Of a stretch of DNA of 53,075 nucleotides, positions 36,317 to 46,252 are shown one piece after another. The DNA comes from Vitreimonas sp. (GTDB lineage Bacteria > Pseudomonadota > Alphaproteobacteria > Caulobacterales > Aquidulcibacteraceae): positions 1 to 53,075 of the forward strand of contig DASZWS010000125.1 of NCBI GenBank assembly GCA_035546515.1. Direction: 5' to 3'. Numbering within the stretch: position 1 is the first letter of the stretch; every line of letters starts with the position of its first letter. The translations under genes were made by a program, and so were the position numbers. The notes below the pieces were generated by a model. It was not told where the DNA came from. It saw only the letters and a list, made by a program, of their open reading frames with translations, and did not search any database.

Positions 36317-37384
36317 ATGAAAAGCGTCATCATCGTCGGCGCGGGGGCCATTGGCCTCATGTGCGCGGTGCGGCTGGCCAAGGCTGGCGCGCGGGTCACC
36401 GTGCTGGAAGAACAGCGCGAAGAAATCACTGTTTATGGCGCTACAGCGTCGGCGTCGGCCGCTGGCATGCTGGCGCCGATCGAGGCGCACGCCTCGCCAT
36501 TCGAGCAACTCGGGCTCGCCTCTTACGATTTGTGGAAACAATGGCGCCCAGACGCGGCCTGGGCCGACGCGGTTCGTTTCGACGGGGCGGTGGCCATCGC
36601 CCCCGACGCTGCTGGCGCAGATGCATATGTGAAAAACGGAGCGCGCCTCGGTCGTACCGTGAGCGCGCTCTCGGCCAACAAATTCCGCGCCAAGACAGAC
36701 ATGGCCACCAAGATCGAAACCAGCGTCTTCATCGAAGATGAAGGAACGTGCGATCCGATCCGCACCTTGAGCGGTCTCTTGATGGAAGCACGTGCGCACG
36801 GCGTCAGCGTCGTCTTTCATCGCGACGTCAACGCCGTCACGCGCAATCAAGTCGATACATTCGAAAAAGAGACCTACGAGGCCGACATCGTGCTGCTGAC
36901 GCCGGGCGCATGGGCCACCGAGCAACTGAAAGAGGTTGCGCCGGCGCTGAAGCATGTTCGCCCCGGCAAGGGTCAGCTCGTCTCGGTTGCGTTCGAACGC
37001 GACCTGCGGCCGAACTTGCGCGCGCCGAATTTCTACCTGGCGCAGCGCCGCGAGGATGTCGTGCTGGGCGCGACGCTGCAGATGGGTGTCACCAGCCGTT
37101 TCGCCGAGACCAAGGCCAGCGAAGACCTGCTCGCCGCCGCCAACGCGCTGCTGCCGGGGATTGTCCGTCCCAGAGGCGAGGCTTGGGCCGGTATCCGGCC
37201 GATGTCGCCGGACGGGTGGCCGCTGATTGGCTGGAGCGGCGCCTGCCTCATCGCCGCTGGGCATTCACGCAACGGCTGGCTGCTTGCGCCGATCACGGCT
37301 GAAATCATCACCGCTTATGTTATGGACTACCCCATCGCCCCCGAATGGGCGGCGTTGTCGCCGAATAGATTTGGAAACCCATGA
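36317..37384 (+). CDS. FAD-dependent oxidoreductase, glycine oxidase/D-amino acid oxidase (ThiO-like)
   Basis: IVGAGAIG, ASASAAGML, PGKGQ, WAGIRPMSPDG.P.IG, GHSRNGWLLAP. Confidence 0.85.
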   Translation: MKSVIIVGAGAIGLMCAVRLAKAGARVTVLEEQREEITVYGATASASAAGMLAPIEAHASPFEQLGLASYDLWKQWRPDAAWADAVRFDGAVAIAPDAAGADAYVKNGARLGRTVSALSANKFRAKTDMATKIETSVFIEDEGTCDPIRTLSGLLMEARAHGVSVVFHRDVNAVTRNQVDTFEKETYEADIVLLTPGAWATEQLKEVAPALKHVRPGKGQLVSVAFERDLRPNLRAPNFYLAQRREDVVLGATLQMGVTSRFAETKASEDLLAAANALLPGIVRPRGEAWAGIRPMSPDGWPLIGWSGACLIAAGHSRNGWLLAPITAEIITAYVMDYPIAPEWAALSPNRFGNP

Positions 37385-38553
37385 CCATTGGTCTCGAACT
37401 CACCGAAGCGCAGAGCGCGATCAAGGATGCGATCGAAAAGATCTGCAGCAAGTATGACGACCATTATTGGCTGAAGGTCGACGACAGCGGCAAATTTCCG
37501 GAAGCCTTCGTCGCTGACATCGCTGCTGGCGGCTGGTTGGGCGTTGCGATGCCGGAGCAATATGGCGGCGCTGGGCTCGGGCTCACCGAAGCGGCTTTGA
37601 TGATGCAGACCGTGGCGCAATCGGGCGCTGGATTTTCGGGCGCCAGCGCCATCCATCTCAACATCTTTGGGCTGATGCCGATCGTGAAGTTCGGCACCGA
37701 TGCGCAGAAGGAGCGCTTCTTGCCGCGCGCCATGAGCGGCGAAGACAAAGCCTGCTTTGCGGTCACCGAACCAAACTCCGGTCTCGACACCGCGAGCTTG
37801 GAAACGCGCGCGGAGCGAACCAATGACGGCTATCGCATCACTGGCCGGAAAATTTGGACGACCAACGCTCAGCGCGCCAACAAGATGCTGATCATCGCGC
37901 GCACCACACCAAAGGATCAGGCCAAGCGTCCGACCGACGGGCTTTCTCTTTTCTATGTCGATTTCGACCGCAGCAAGATCGAGGCGCAGCCGATCCCGAA
38001 AATGGGCCGCAAGGCGGTGGAGTGCAACACGCTGTTCATCGACGGTCTCGAAGTGCCGAAGGAGGCGCTGATCGGCGAAGAGGGCGCAGGCTTCAAGATT
38101 CTGCTGACGGGGCTCAATCCCGAGCGTGTGCTGTTTGCGGCTGAGGCGATTGGGCTTGGGCGCGCGGCGCTGAAGCGGGCGGCGCAGTACGCCAAGGAGC
38201 GCGTCGTCTTCGGCCGACCGATCGGTCAGAACCAAGGTGTTGCGCACCCGCTGGCGAAGTCGTGGGCTGAACTTGAAGCGGCCAACCTGCTCGCGTTCAA
38301 GGCGGCAGCGCTCTACGACGCCGGCAAGGAGTGCGGCGCGGAAGCCAACGCCGCCAAGTATCTCGGCGCAGAAGCGGGCTTCACCGCGTGCGAAGCCTCG
38401 GTGTTGGCGCATGGCGGCATGGGTTACGCGAAGGAGTATTTCGTTGAGCGTTATTTCCGCGAGGCCATGATCGCGCGCATCGCGCCCGTCAGCCGCGAGA
38501 TGATCCTCAATTTCATCGCCGAACGCATGCTCGGCTTGCCGAAAAGTTACTAG
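37381..38553 (+). CDS. Acyl-CoA dehydrogenase
   Basis: PEQYGGAG, FAVTEPNSG, GRKIWTT, FGRPIGQNQ, HGGMGYA.EY.VERYFRE. Confidence 0.93.
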   Translation: MTIGLELTEAQSAIKDAIEKICSKYDDHYWLKVDDSGKFPEAFVADIAAGGWLGVAMPEQYGGAGLGLTEAALMMQTVAQSGAGFSGASAIHLNIFGLMPIVKFGTDAQKERFLPRAMSGEDKACFAVTEPNSGLDTASLETRAERTNDGYRITGRKIWTTNAQRANKMLIIARTTPKDQAKRPTDGLSLFYVDFDRSKIEAQPIPKMGRKAVECNTLFIDGLEVPKEALIGEEGAGFKILLTGLNPERVLFAAEAIGLGRAALKRAAQYAKERVVFGRPIGQNQGVAHPLAKSWAELEAANLLAFKAAALYDAGKECGAEANAAKYLGAEAGFTACEASVLAHGGMGYAKEYFVERYFREAMIARIAPVSREMILNFIAERMLGLPKSY

Positions 38554-39374
38554 GAGCGGATGCGCGAGAAGGTGCGCGTGCGCAGTTGCATGAGCGCTGC
38601 CGCGCCGATCGCCACGACGGCTAAGCCGATCACCTCCGCCGGTCGCGAGAGCCAAATGCCGGCGGCTGCGGCGGCGTTGATGACAAAGTGCGGAATGACG
38701 CCGCCGACAATCACGTTGCGGTTCGCGCGCACGTAGATGAAGGTCATGATCACCGAAAGCGCCAGTGTGCCGAGCGCCCACCAGCCCAACTGCTCCGGCC
38801 CCACCGCCATCAAACCTGAAATAAAGAAGCCAGGGATGTGCCACACCACCCACACCGCGCCGAGGATGAGCGCTGCGATGGTGGCGTTGCGTCCTTCGAG
38901 CAATCGCGGCAACGCATAGCCGCGCCAGCCGAGTTCTTCTCCGAACGGCGCGATGTTGTTGATGATTTGCCGCGTCGTGAACATCAGCAGCGGCAGCTTC
39001 ACCAGCACGTCATGCGCGGTGACCGGCCAAACTTGCCAATACGGTGCGAGATACACCAAGGCGAGCGACACCAAGGGCACCACCGCAAACGCCACGATGA
39101 GCCACCACGCTGCGAACGGGCGAACCAAGCCGCTCAGCACGTTGATGACGCCATGCCAGCCGCCAAAGCGCATCGCCGCGATCAGCGCCGCCAGCGACGG
39201 CGCGCAATTCATCAATAGGAAAATCGGATTGTTCACCCCGAGCGGCAGGATCATCGGGTCGAGCCAGGCGCGAAACAACAGATAAATCCCGCCTGTGCCC
39301 CATGAGAGCAAAAACGCGACGGCGAAAAAGAACCGAAGTTCCCGCCATGTCTGGGTGGTCTCAGCCCCGCTCAT
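38550..39374 (-). CDS. CPBP (CAAX/Abi) intramembrane glutamic protease
   Basis: Multiple TM segments; EELGWRG, WHIP, H..IN motifs. Confidence 0.88.
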   Translation of the reverse strand: MSGAETTQTWRELRFFFAVAFLLSWGTGGIYLLFRAWLDPMILPLGVNNPIFLLMNCAPSLAALIAAMRFGGWHGVINVLSGLVRPFAAWWLIVAFAVVPLVSLALVYLAPYWQVWPVTAHDVLVKLPLLMFTTRQIINNIAPFGEELGWRGYALPRLLEGRNATIAALILGAVWVVWHIPGFFISGLMAVGPEQLGWWALGTLALSVIMTFIYVRANRNVIVGGVIPHFVINAAAAAGIWLSRPAEVIGLAVVAIGAAALMQLRTRTFSRIRS

Positions 39375-39432
39375 TCCGCGGCCGGTTTAGCCTGTTTACG
39401 CTTGCTTCATCAAATCCGCGCACCGCCAATCT

Positions 39433-40224
39433 ATGAGCAATCCTGTCGCTCCCGTCGCCGGGCGAAACGACGCCGGACGCAGCGAGGTGCGCGCCGCGAT
39501 CCAGCGCGCAGCGGACGCCACCGGTGTGGATTTCTCGCTGCTTGTGGAAACCGCCAAGCGCGAGAGTTCGCTCAACGCCAATGCGCGCGCCGGCACATCT
39601 TCGGCGGTCGGCGCATTTCAGTTCATTTCGTCGACCTGGCTCGACATGGTGCGCCGCCATGGCGCCGAGCACGGCTTGGGGCAGTATGCAGCCGCGCTGC
39701 AGAACGGGACGGCCGATGCGCAGACGCGCTCGGACATTCTTGCGCTGCGCACTGACCCGGAAATTGCAGCGCGCATGGCTGCCGAACTGACACGCGAGAA
39801 CGCCGCCGCACTGCAGGCGCAGATTGGCCGCCCGCCCACATCAGGCGAACTCTATGCTGCGCACGTCCTCGGATCGGGGGGCGCGGCGAAACTGATCCAG
39901 GCTTCCGCGAGTGGCGTGGGCAACGCCGCCGCGATCTTTCCGCGCGAAGCCGCCGCCAATCGCGGGCTCTTCTATGACAACGGCCAGCCGTGTTCCGCAC
40001 AGCAATTATTGGACAAGTTTGGACTGGATGCCGACGCGAACTTCACTGCGCCAGCCGGACATGCGCCTGTTCAAGTATCCAACGACATGATGTCCCCGGC
40101 GCTGGCCCAAGCCTTGTTCAGTCTCTCAGTGCTGCCGCTGCTCATGAACAGTAGCGAAGACGACCAGAACCGCAGTGATCCGCTGAGCGCGCTCAGCGCG
40201 TATGCGCGGACGAACCAGCTGTAG
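39433..40224 (+). CDS. Lytic transglycosylase (SLT-like) protein
   Basis: AKRESS catalytic Glu, SSAVGAFQF..STW, ELYAAHVLG. Confidence 0.85.
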   Translation: MSNPVAPVAGRNDAGRSEVRAAIQRAADATGVDFSLLVETAKRESSLNANARAGTSSAVGAFQFISSTWLDMVRRHGAEHGLGQYAAALQNGTADAQTRSDILALRTDPEIAARMAAELTRENAAALQAQIGRPPTSGELYAAHVLGSGGAAKLIQASASGVGNAAAIFPREAAANRGLFYDNGQPCSAQQLLDKFGLDADANFTAPAGHAPVQVSNDMMSPALAQALFSLSVLPLLMNSSEDDQNRSDPLSALSAYARTNQL

Positions 40225-41635
40225 CTTCGCGCGCCAGCACTGCATCCATCGCCGGATCGCGGTGATCGCGATACGCAGCGAACGTGAGTGGCGCTGGAAT
40301 GTCGGGCGTCAGGGTGTGCACGCGCACGGGATATTTGTAGTTCAGCCAGTAGCAGGTGCGCGTGTCGCGGCAGGGGCCGTTATAGACGTGGCGACCGTTG
40401 CTGAAATGCACTGTCATAAACGCGTTCGGCAGTTGGAACGTGTCGCCTTCGGCGTAGAAGTCCAAACGGTCGCCGACGTTCTCGCCGACGATCGAGACTT
40501 GTGCGCCGCCGGCTTCTTTTAGACCGGCGACGGTGGTGATCGCCGCTGAGAATGTCCAGGCCGAGGTGAGAACGTAAATGTGCGCTGGCGCTGCGACGCG
40601 CGGGAGTTCGTGGGCAAAGGCGTAGGTGGTCGTGTAGTCGCCGCCGCCGTTCATGCGCATGTCGAGGACAACGAACGCGGGATGGGCGGTGCGAATGTGT
40701 GTGAGCGCGCCATCCAAGAACGGCGCGATCGGGCCTTCATCCGCGTCACGATTGAAGCCGAGGCCGATATAGTAGCCGTTCTGGGGCAGATCGGCGGTGG
40801 TGAAGAGGTGCGTATGGTCGCGCAAATAGACCGGCAGTGAAGCGTCGTCGCGTGGCAGAAAGCTGACCATGGTGCTGCCTTCCGACGCCGGGAAGAGCGT
40901 GCGTGGCGTGCTGGAAACCCAGGCGCTGCGATCTCGTTGCTCCGCGACGATGCGTTGGCTGAACGGCTCACCGTTGGCGAGCACGCCGTTCAGCGTCAGC
41001 GCATCGTGTTCATGGGAGAAGCCGGCGACTTGCAACAGCGCCGGCGATTCCAACATCGGCGTCAGCACCGCGTCGCGATGGGCGTCCGTGCCGCCATAAT
41101 AGCGGCGGATGCCCGCGCGGACCTGGGCGATGGGATGTCCATCGATGTCGTCTATGCGGGCGCCGAGCAGATCTCTGTGCTCGGGCGTCGCCCATAAAAC
41201 ATAGAGCCCGTCCGCAAACTCGTGCGTGCGCAGCGGCACGCGCGGCGTGTTCTTCTTGAAGGTGTTTTCGCCGACATTGGTATGGCCGTTGTCCGCTAAT
41301 GCGGCGATTTCGGCGACACGCAGCGCAAACTGCTCGTGGGTGAGTTCGCCCGCGTGGGCGCGCAGATCGGCGATCATCTGTTCAGCGCGCGCATGGGCGC
41401 GGGGCGAATAGGATTTATCGTAGTCGGGAAACTGCGCGAAATAGGCGGCGTCGGCGATCTGGCCCGCAGCCTGATCGCGCATCTCTGCAGGAATGGGCAA
41501 CGGCGGGCCTGCTTCAAATTGCGCTTTTAACTCACGTTCAAAAGTCGCGTCGTCCATGCGCATCACATCGCGTTGGGACGTGCCGGTGGCGCAGGCGCTC
41601 AGAAGAAGCGCAGCGATGGCGGTAAGTGTTCGCAT
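40193..41635 (-). CDS. S41 peptidase-like lipoprotein
   Basis: Lipobox LSAC; L.DNGHT, LDMRMNGGG, TFSAA, IVGE motifs. Confidence 0.7.
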   Translation of the reverse strand: MRTLTAIAALLLSACATGTSQRDVMRMDDATFERELKAQFEAGPPLPIPAEMRDQAAGQIADAAYFAQFPDYDKSYSPRAHARAEQMIADLRAHAGELTHEQFALRVAEIAALADNGHTNVGENTFKKNTPRVPLRTHEFADGLYVLWATPEHRDLLGARIDDIDGHPIAQVRAGIRRYYGGTDAHRDAVLTPMLESPALLQVAGFSHEHDALTLNGVLANGEPFSQRIVAEQRDRSAWVSSTPRTLFPASEGSTMVSFLPRDDASLPVYLRDHTHLFTTADLPQNGYYIGLGFNRDADEGPIAPFLDGALTHIRTAHPAFVVLDMRMNGGGDYTTTYAFAHELPRVAAPAHIYVLTSAWTFSAAITTVAGLKEAGGAQVSIVGENVGDRLDFYAEGDTFQLPNAFMTVHFSNGRHVYNGPCRDTRTCYWLNYKYPVRVHTLTPDIPAPLTFAAYRDHRDPAMDAVLAREATAGSSAHTR

Positions 41636-41704
41636 GGGTTGGTCCCGCGTTGGCTCTGCCGGGGACCTACGCGTGTGGCATTGCGTCAATGTTGCAGGGA
41701 TGTT

Positions 41705-42901
41705 TCAGTGCGCTGCGCCGGACGCGTACATCGCGTCGATCTCGGCGGCGCTGTAGCCGGCCTGCGTCAGCACCCCGCGTGTGTGTTGGCCCATGCTCGG
41801 CGCCGGACCTTTTGGTCGATCATCCGTGCCGACGATGCGAACCGGCGCGGCAGGCGCCTTGATCGTGCCGCCCGCCTGCAGTGGCGTCTCCACCACACAA
41901 CCCGCCGCGATTGCTTGTGGGTCGACGACCGCCTCGGCCGGCGTCAGCACCGGCGCCCACACCATTTCTTCCGCATCGAGCGCGTCTTTTATCTCGGCAT
42001 AGGGCCGCGCCGCGAAAGCTTCATCCAACAGCGGCACCAATTGTGCGCCGTTTTCACGGCGCTGGCGTGCTTTGGCGAAGCGGGGATCGTCGACCAGGTG
42101 CTCGACCTTCAACGCGCGCGCCAGTTTCGGCCAATCGCGCTCGCCTTGGCGCTGCAAGAGGCTGATCCAGCGATCGTCGGCGGTGCGGAAATAGTTCACC
42201 AGCGGATTGGGGACATTCGCGCGCGGACGATTGGAGGCGATACGGCCGCGCGAATGCTGGATCGAGAAGTCGCTACCGCCGACATAGTGCGCGGTCCGCA
42301 GCAGTGACGCATCGAGCAGGCGCCCCGCGCCGGTGTTGTTGCGCTCATAGAGCGCGGCCATGATCGCGCCGACGATGGCCAGCGATGCGACGTGGTCGCC
42401 AAACGCGGTGCGCAACTGAATCGGTTCGCCGCCCTTCGGTTTGAACATTGCGGCCAAACCGGAGCGCGCCCAGAACGCCGCAGCATCCATGCCGGGGCGA
42501 TCAGCGTCCGGACCTTCGAGGCCGTAGCCGGTGAGGCTGCAATAAATCAGCCTCTTGTTGCGTGCGCGCACCGTGTCCGGATCAAGGCCCGCACGCTTCA
42601 ATCCGCCGGGGCGCACATTGGTGAGAAATACATCCGCGCCGTCGATCAAGCGCAGCAGCGCGTCGCGGCCTTCTGGTTTCGTCGTATCAAGAATAATTCC
42701 GCGCTTACCGCGATTGTCCATTTCGAAAATTGGGTTGATGGCCTCTTCGTCAACGCCTGCCGAGGCAAAGAACATGCGGATCGGATCGCCGCCGGGTGGC
42801 TCGACTTTGATCACGTCGGCGCCCCAATCGGTCATGATGCCCCCGGCGCCGGGGGCTGCGACGTAGGTCGCGTACTCAATGACCTTTAACCCTTCGAGCA
42901 T
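41705..42901 (-). CDS. CaiB/BaiF family III CoA-transferase
   Basis: LEGLKVIE, WGADVIKVEPP.GD, NRGKR, ADVFLTN.RP, APSMGQHT; AGGAG RBS before ATG 42901. Confidence 0.93.
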   Translation of the reverse strand: MLEGLKVIEYATYVAAPGAGGIMTDWGADVIKVEPPGGDPIRMFFASAGVDEEAINPIFEMDNRGKRGIILDTTKPEGRDALLRLIDGADVFLTNVRPGGLKRAGLDPDTVRARNKRLIYCSLTGYGLEGPDADRPGMDAAAFWARSGLAAMFKPKGGEPIQLRTAFGDHVASLAIVGAIMAALYERNNTGAGRLLDASLLRTAHYVGGSDFSIQHSRGRIASNRPRANVPNPLVNYFRTADDRWISLLQRQGERDWPKLARALKVEHLVDDPRFAKARQRRENGAQLVPLLDEAFAARPYAEIKDALDAEEMVWAPVLTPAEAVVDPQAIAAGCVVETPLQAGGTIKAPAAPVRIVGTDDRPKGPAPSMGQHTRGVLTQAGYSAAEIDAMYASGAAH

Positions 42902-43012
42902 GCTTTCATTCTCCTCGTGCAACGAGCGGGTCAAAGGTTCCTTAAGGCATGCACGAAAGGCTGCGCCAGTAGGGAGGCGGAGAGTCGCCTCTGCTGCGGC
43001 GAGACCGAGCCT

Positions 43013-44155
43013 ATGACGATTGTCACCATGCGCGCCAACCTCACGGATAGCGACATCCGCACCCTGATCAAGGGACCGACCGAGGATGACCGTGCGCAAG
43101 CGGCGCATAAAATCTGCCGCTGCATCGAGGACGCCGAGCTTTCCCCAGAGGAACGTGCGCACGCCGAGAGCATCATGGCCATCATGGCGCAGGATGCGGC
43201 GGTGCTGGTGCGGCGCGCACTTTCGGTGGCGCTCAAGAACTCGCCGAAGCTGCCGCGCGATATCGCCAACAAGCTGGCGCAGGACGTCGAGACCATCGCG
43301 CTGCCGATCATTCTGAACTCGCCGGTGCTGACCGACAGCGATCTGGTGGAGATCGTGCGCTCGTGCCCGCCATCGAAGCAAGTGGCGGTGGCGAGCCGCG
43401 AGAGGCTGTCAGTGCAGGTCACCGGGGCGATCGCCGAGTTTGCGGTGTCGGCGGCGGTGGAGCGTGCGCTCGCGAATGACAACGCGCTGTTCGATGAGGA
43501 GGGCTTGGAAATTTCGCTCGATCGCTTCGCCGGCGTTTCGGCGATCACCGCGGCTATGGTGCATCGCAATGAGTTGCCGGTGGCTGTGACTGAGAAGCTG
43601 GTCTCTATTGTAACGGGCGAGTTGTTCGATCACTTGGTCAATCACCACGAGCTGCCGCCGCAGATCGCCATTGATCTGGCGATGGGCGCGCGCGAACGCG
43701 CCACCATCGACATTGTCGAGCAGGCGGCGCGGCAGCGCGACCTGGGACGCTTTGTGCAACAACTGAACTTGAATGGCAGGCTGACGCCGTCGCTCATCAT
43801 GCGCGGGCTTTGCCTTGGGCACATGCCGTTCGTTGAACACGCCATCGCTGAACTCGCGGGTCTCTCGCATCAGCGCATGTGGCTGTTGATGAACGACAGT
43901 GGCCCGCTCGGCCTCAAAGCCGCATTCGACCGCGCCGGCCTGCCGCCGCGGCTGTTTCCGTCGTTCCGCGCCGCGATCGAGGTCTATCACGCGATTGACC
44001 GCGAAGGCGGCGCGCGTGACCGCATCGTGTTCCGCAAGCGCATGCTCGAGCGTACGCTGACACTGTTTCAGTCGATCCCGAAGGACGACCTCGACTATCT
44101 TTTGGAAAAGCTCGACGCCACCGGCCTGCAGACGGATCGCGCGGCCGCGATCTAA
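43013..44155 (+). CDS. DUF2336 domain protein (possibly SpbR-like pole-localized protein)
   Basis: VRRALSVALKNSPKLP.DIA.KLAQD..IA.PI..SPVLTDSDL pattern; context next to Hpt and NAD kinase. Confidence 0.8.
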   Translation: MTIVTMRANLTDSDIRTLIKGPTEDDRAQAAHKICRCIEDAELSPEERAHAESIMAIMAQDAAVLVRRALSVALKNSPKLPRDIANKLAQDVETIALPIILNSPVLTDSDLVEIVRSCPPSKQVAVASRERLSVQVTGAIAEFAVSAAVERALANDNALFDEEGLEISLDRFAGVSAITAAMVHRNELPVAVTEKLVSIVTGELFDHLVNHHELPPQIAIDLAMGARERATIDIVEQAARQRDLGRFVQQLNLNGRLTPSLIMRGLCLGHMPFVEHAIAELAGLSHQRMWLLMNDSGPLGLKAAFDRAGLPPRLFPSFRAAIEVYHAIDREGGARDRIVFRKRMLERTLTLFQSIPKDDLDYLLEKLDATGLQTDRAAAI

Positions 44156-44811
44156 CGTAGGCCGGCCTGCGCGTAGGGCGCGCCGCCGCGATCGAAGCCT
44201 GCGATCGCCAGCAATTTGGCTTGCGCCGCGTCGCGCACGCTTTCGGCGGTAACGACGAGACCCGCGCTTTTGGCGGCGATGATGCGGCGGGCTAACGGCG
44301 AACGATCACCACCCTCTACGGCGAGAAACGGATCGATTTGTTGCGGTATGGCGAGCACCAGTTCGCTATAGAGCGAACGCGCGCGCTTGGAGAACGGCAG
44401 CGGGCACTCAGGGTCGCCGCGAAGGCTGATGCTCCAGCCGCGGGCGCGCAGATCTTCCGCAAGGTCCGGTCCGTGGTTGACGATTTCACGTTCGGACAGT
44501 TCGAAGCTCAATGCCGTGCGCACGCAACCAGCTTCGATTGCAGCTTCGCTCAAGAGTTCAGCTTCCAGCGAGGCGTAGAGGTGCGACGGGGCGGCAAGCG
44601 TGAGGCCCGTGTAGGCGCCGCGTTCTTTCCATGTCATCCGCGCCGCGCGCAGCAAACGCGCCAAGCTGGAAAATCCGAATGCATCGTCGGATTGCGGGCG
44701 AACGACGCCGGCCGCCAGCGCCCCGACGCGCAAGTCCACGCGCGCCCCGATAGCGAAAGCCAAAGGCTCGTGCGCCGTATGCTGCGGCCGAAGGGGAACA
44801 ACGTTGGTCAT
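44152..44811 (-). CDS. Degenerate EAL-domain protein
   Basis: LSFELSE and VTAESVRDAAQ..L..AGFD resemble EAL C-terminal motifs; EAL and DDFG motifs absent. Confidence 0.55.
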   Translation of the reverse strand: MTNVVPLRPQHTAHEPLAFAIGARVDLRVGALAAGVVRPQSDDAFGFSSLARLLRAARMTWKERGAYTGLTLAAPSHLYASLEAELLSEAAIEAGCVRTALSFELSEREIVNHGPDLAEDLRARGWSISLRGDPECPLPFSKRARSLYSELVLAIPQQIDPFLAVEGGDRSPLARRIIAAKSAGLVVTAESVRDAAQAKLLAIAGFDRGGAPYAQAGLR

Positions 44812-44889
44812 GTGCGCTCAGAAGGCGCGATCTTGCCGGAACGCGGTTAAGAAACGGGCGCGATAAGAAGGTGAAGAGGGCGTTAGCCC

Positions 44890-45384
44890 CTAGACGGGGG
44901 CCACGCCGAGTTTGGCGACCTGCTCTTCCAGAACGGCCAAGGCGGCTCCGCCAAGAGGATGCGTTTCCGCGCGCACCCCATCGCGCACCGCGGCGCGGAT
45001 CGCGTCGACGTGGGCGCAGGCCAACGCCGGGGCTTGTTGCACCACCGCCTTGCCGTCGTCGGTTTCGAGCAGCCGGCAGAGCGAGGCCGCCAATTGCGAG
45101 ACCAGCGGAAAACCGTAGGTCTCGCCCATGCCTTTGAGATCGTGCGCGGCGCTTAGAAGCCCCTCAAGGGCGGCGTAGCTCCAGTGCGCCTGCTGCGCGC
45201 CGATGCGGAGATCCTGCAGGCGCATGACGTCGGCTTCGAGCCAGCGCTGCATCGAGCCGCCGAGCGCTTTGAGCGTTTCCTCGGCGCGACTGACCGCCTC
45301 GCTGTCGAAGACAGGATGCTTGAGTTCGGGACTGCGCGGCCCCGCTGTCCTTGGGTCGATGATTTTTGCGCCGGATTTGTTCAT
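44890..45384 (-). CDS. Hpt (histidine phosphotransfer) domain protein
   Basis: AAHDLKGMGETYGFPLVS.LA.SLC. Confidence 0.85.
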   Translation of the reverse strand: MNKSGAKIIDPRTAGPRSPELKHPVFDSEAVSRAEETLKALGGSMQRWLEADVMRLQDLRIGAQQAHWSYAALEGLLSAAHDLKGMGETYGFPLVSQLAASLCRLLETDDGKAVVQQAPALACAHVDAIRAAVRDGVRAETHPLGGAALAVLEEQVAKLGVAPV

Positions 45385-45429
45385 CGGGCGGCAAGTTTCC
45401 GCCGCAGCTATGAACAGAAGATTGACGCT

Positions 45430-46188
45430 TCAGACGTTGAATTGCTCGCGCAAGATGCGTTCGTCCAGGGCGTGGCCGCGGTCGAACAGCAAGGTGAGCG
45501 CGGAGGCGGCGTCTTCGCGGATATCGATGGCGCGGATGTCGCGCGTCTCCAGGTTATCGCAAGCGGCGCTCACCGAGCGCCGCTCCGGATCGAGCACCTC
45601 GATCCGCACGAGGGCGTTGTGCGGCAGCAGCGCCCCGCGCCAGCGTCGCGGCCGGAAGGCGCTGATCGGCGTCATCGCCAGCAACCGCGAATTGATTGGC
45701 AGGATCGGACCATGAGCCGAGAGGTTGTATGCGGTGGAACCGGCAGGCGTGGCCACCATGATGCCGTCGCACAGCAATTCGGCCATGCGCACTGCGCCGT
45801 CGACGCTGATTTTCAGGCGCGCAGATTGCGCTGTCTGCCGGATCAACGAGACCTCGTTGAATGCGCGCTCGGTCACATTCGCGCCGCTCACGGTCTCACA
45901 TTTCGCGACCAGCGGGCGGATGCGAACCGGCTCGGCCTTCTCCAATCGCTCGACCAGGCCATCTTCGGTAAAGTCGTTCATGAGGAAGCCGACGGTGCCT
46001 CGGTTCATGCCGTAAACAGGCTTTTTGTCTTTTAGCCGCCGCCGCAGCGTTTCCAGGATGTGGCCGTCGCCCCCCAACGCCACCACGATGTCAGCGTCCG
46101 CCTCCCCTACGTCACCATAGGTGTGGCGAAGGCGGATGAGCGCTTGCTGCGCCTCGGGGCGCGCACTGGCGGTGAACGAGAGCTTCAC
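45430..46188 (-). CDS. nadK: NAD kinase
   Basis: LGGDG, GTVGFL, FNEV, DG..VATPAGSTAYNLSA.GPI. Confidence 0.95.
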   Translation of the reverse strand: MKLSFTASARPEAQQALIRLRHTYGDVGEADADIVVALGGDGHILETLRRRLKDKKPVYGMNRGTVGFLMNDFTEDGLVERLEKAEPVRIRPLVAKCETVSGANVTERAFNEVSLIRQTAQSARLKISVDGAVRMAELLCDGIMVATPAGSTAYNLSAHGPILPINSRLLAMTPISAFRPRRWRGALLPHNALVRIEVLDPERRSVSAACDNLETRDIRAIDIREDAASALTLLFDRGHALDERILREQFNV

Positions 46189-46252
46189 TCTTTGCTTATC
46201 GCCCCAAGAGAACTAGTGTTTCCCTAACATAGGCACGAGCGGAGCGCGAACG

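Noticed and set aside
40193-40224. 32-nt convergent overlap of the SLT and S41-like genes
   Set aside because: Short 3' overlaps are common in compact GC-rich genomes
42902-43381. 160-aa N-terminal extension of the CoA-transferase ORF
   Set aside because: Overlaps the DUF2336 gene on the other strand; the family-typical start with AGGAG RBS is at 42901
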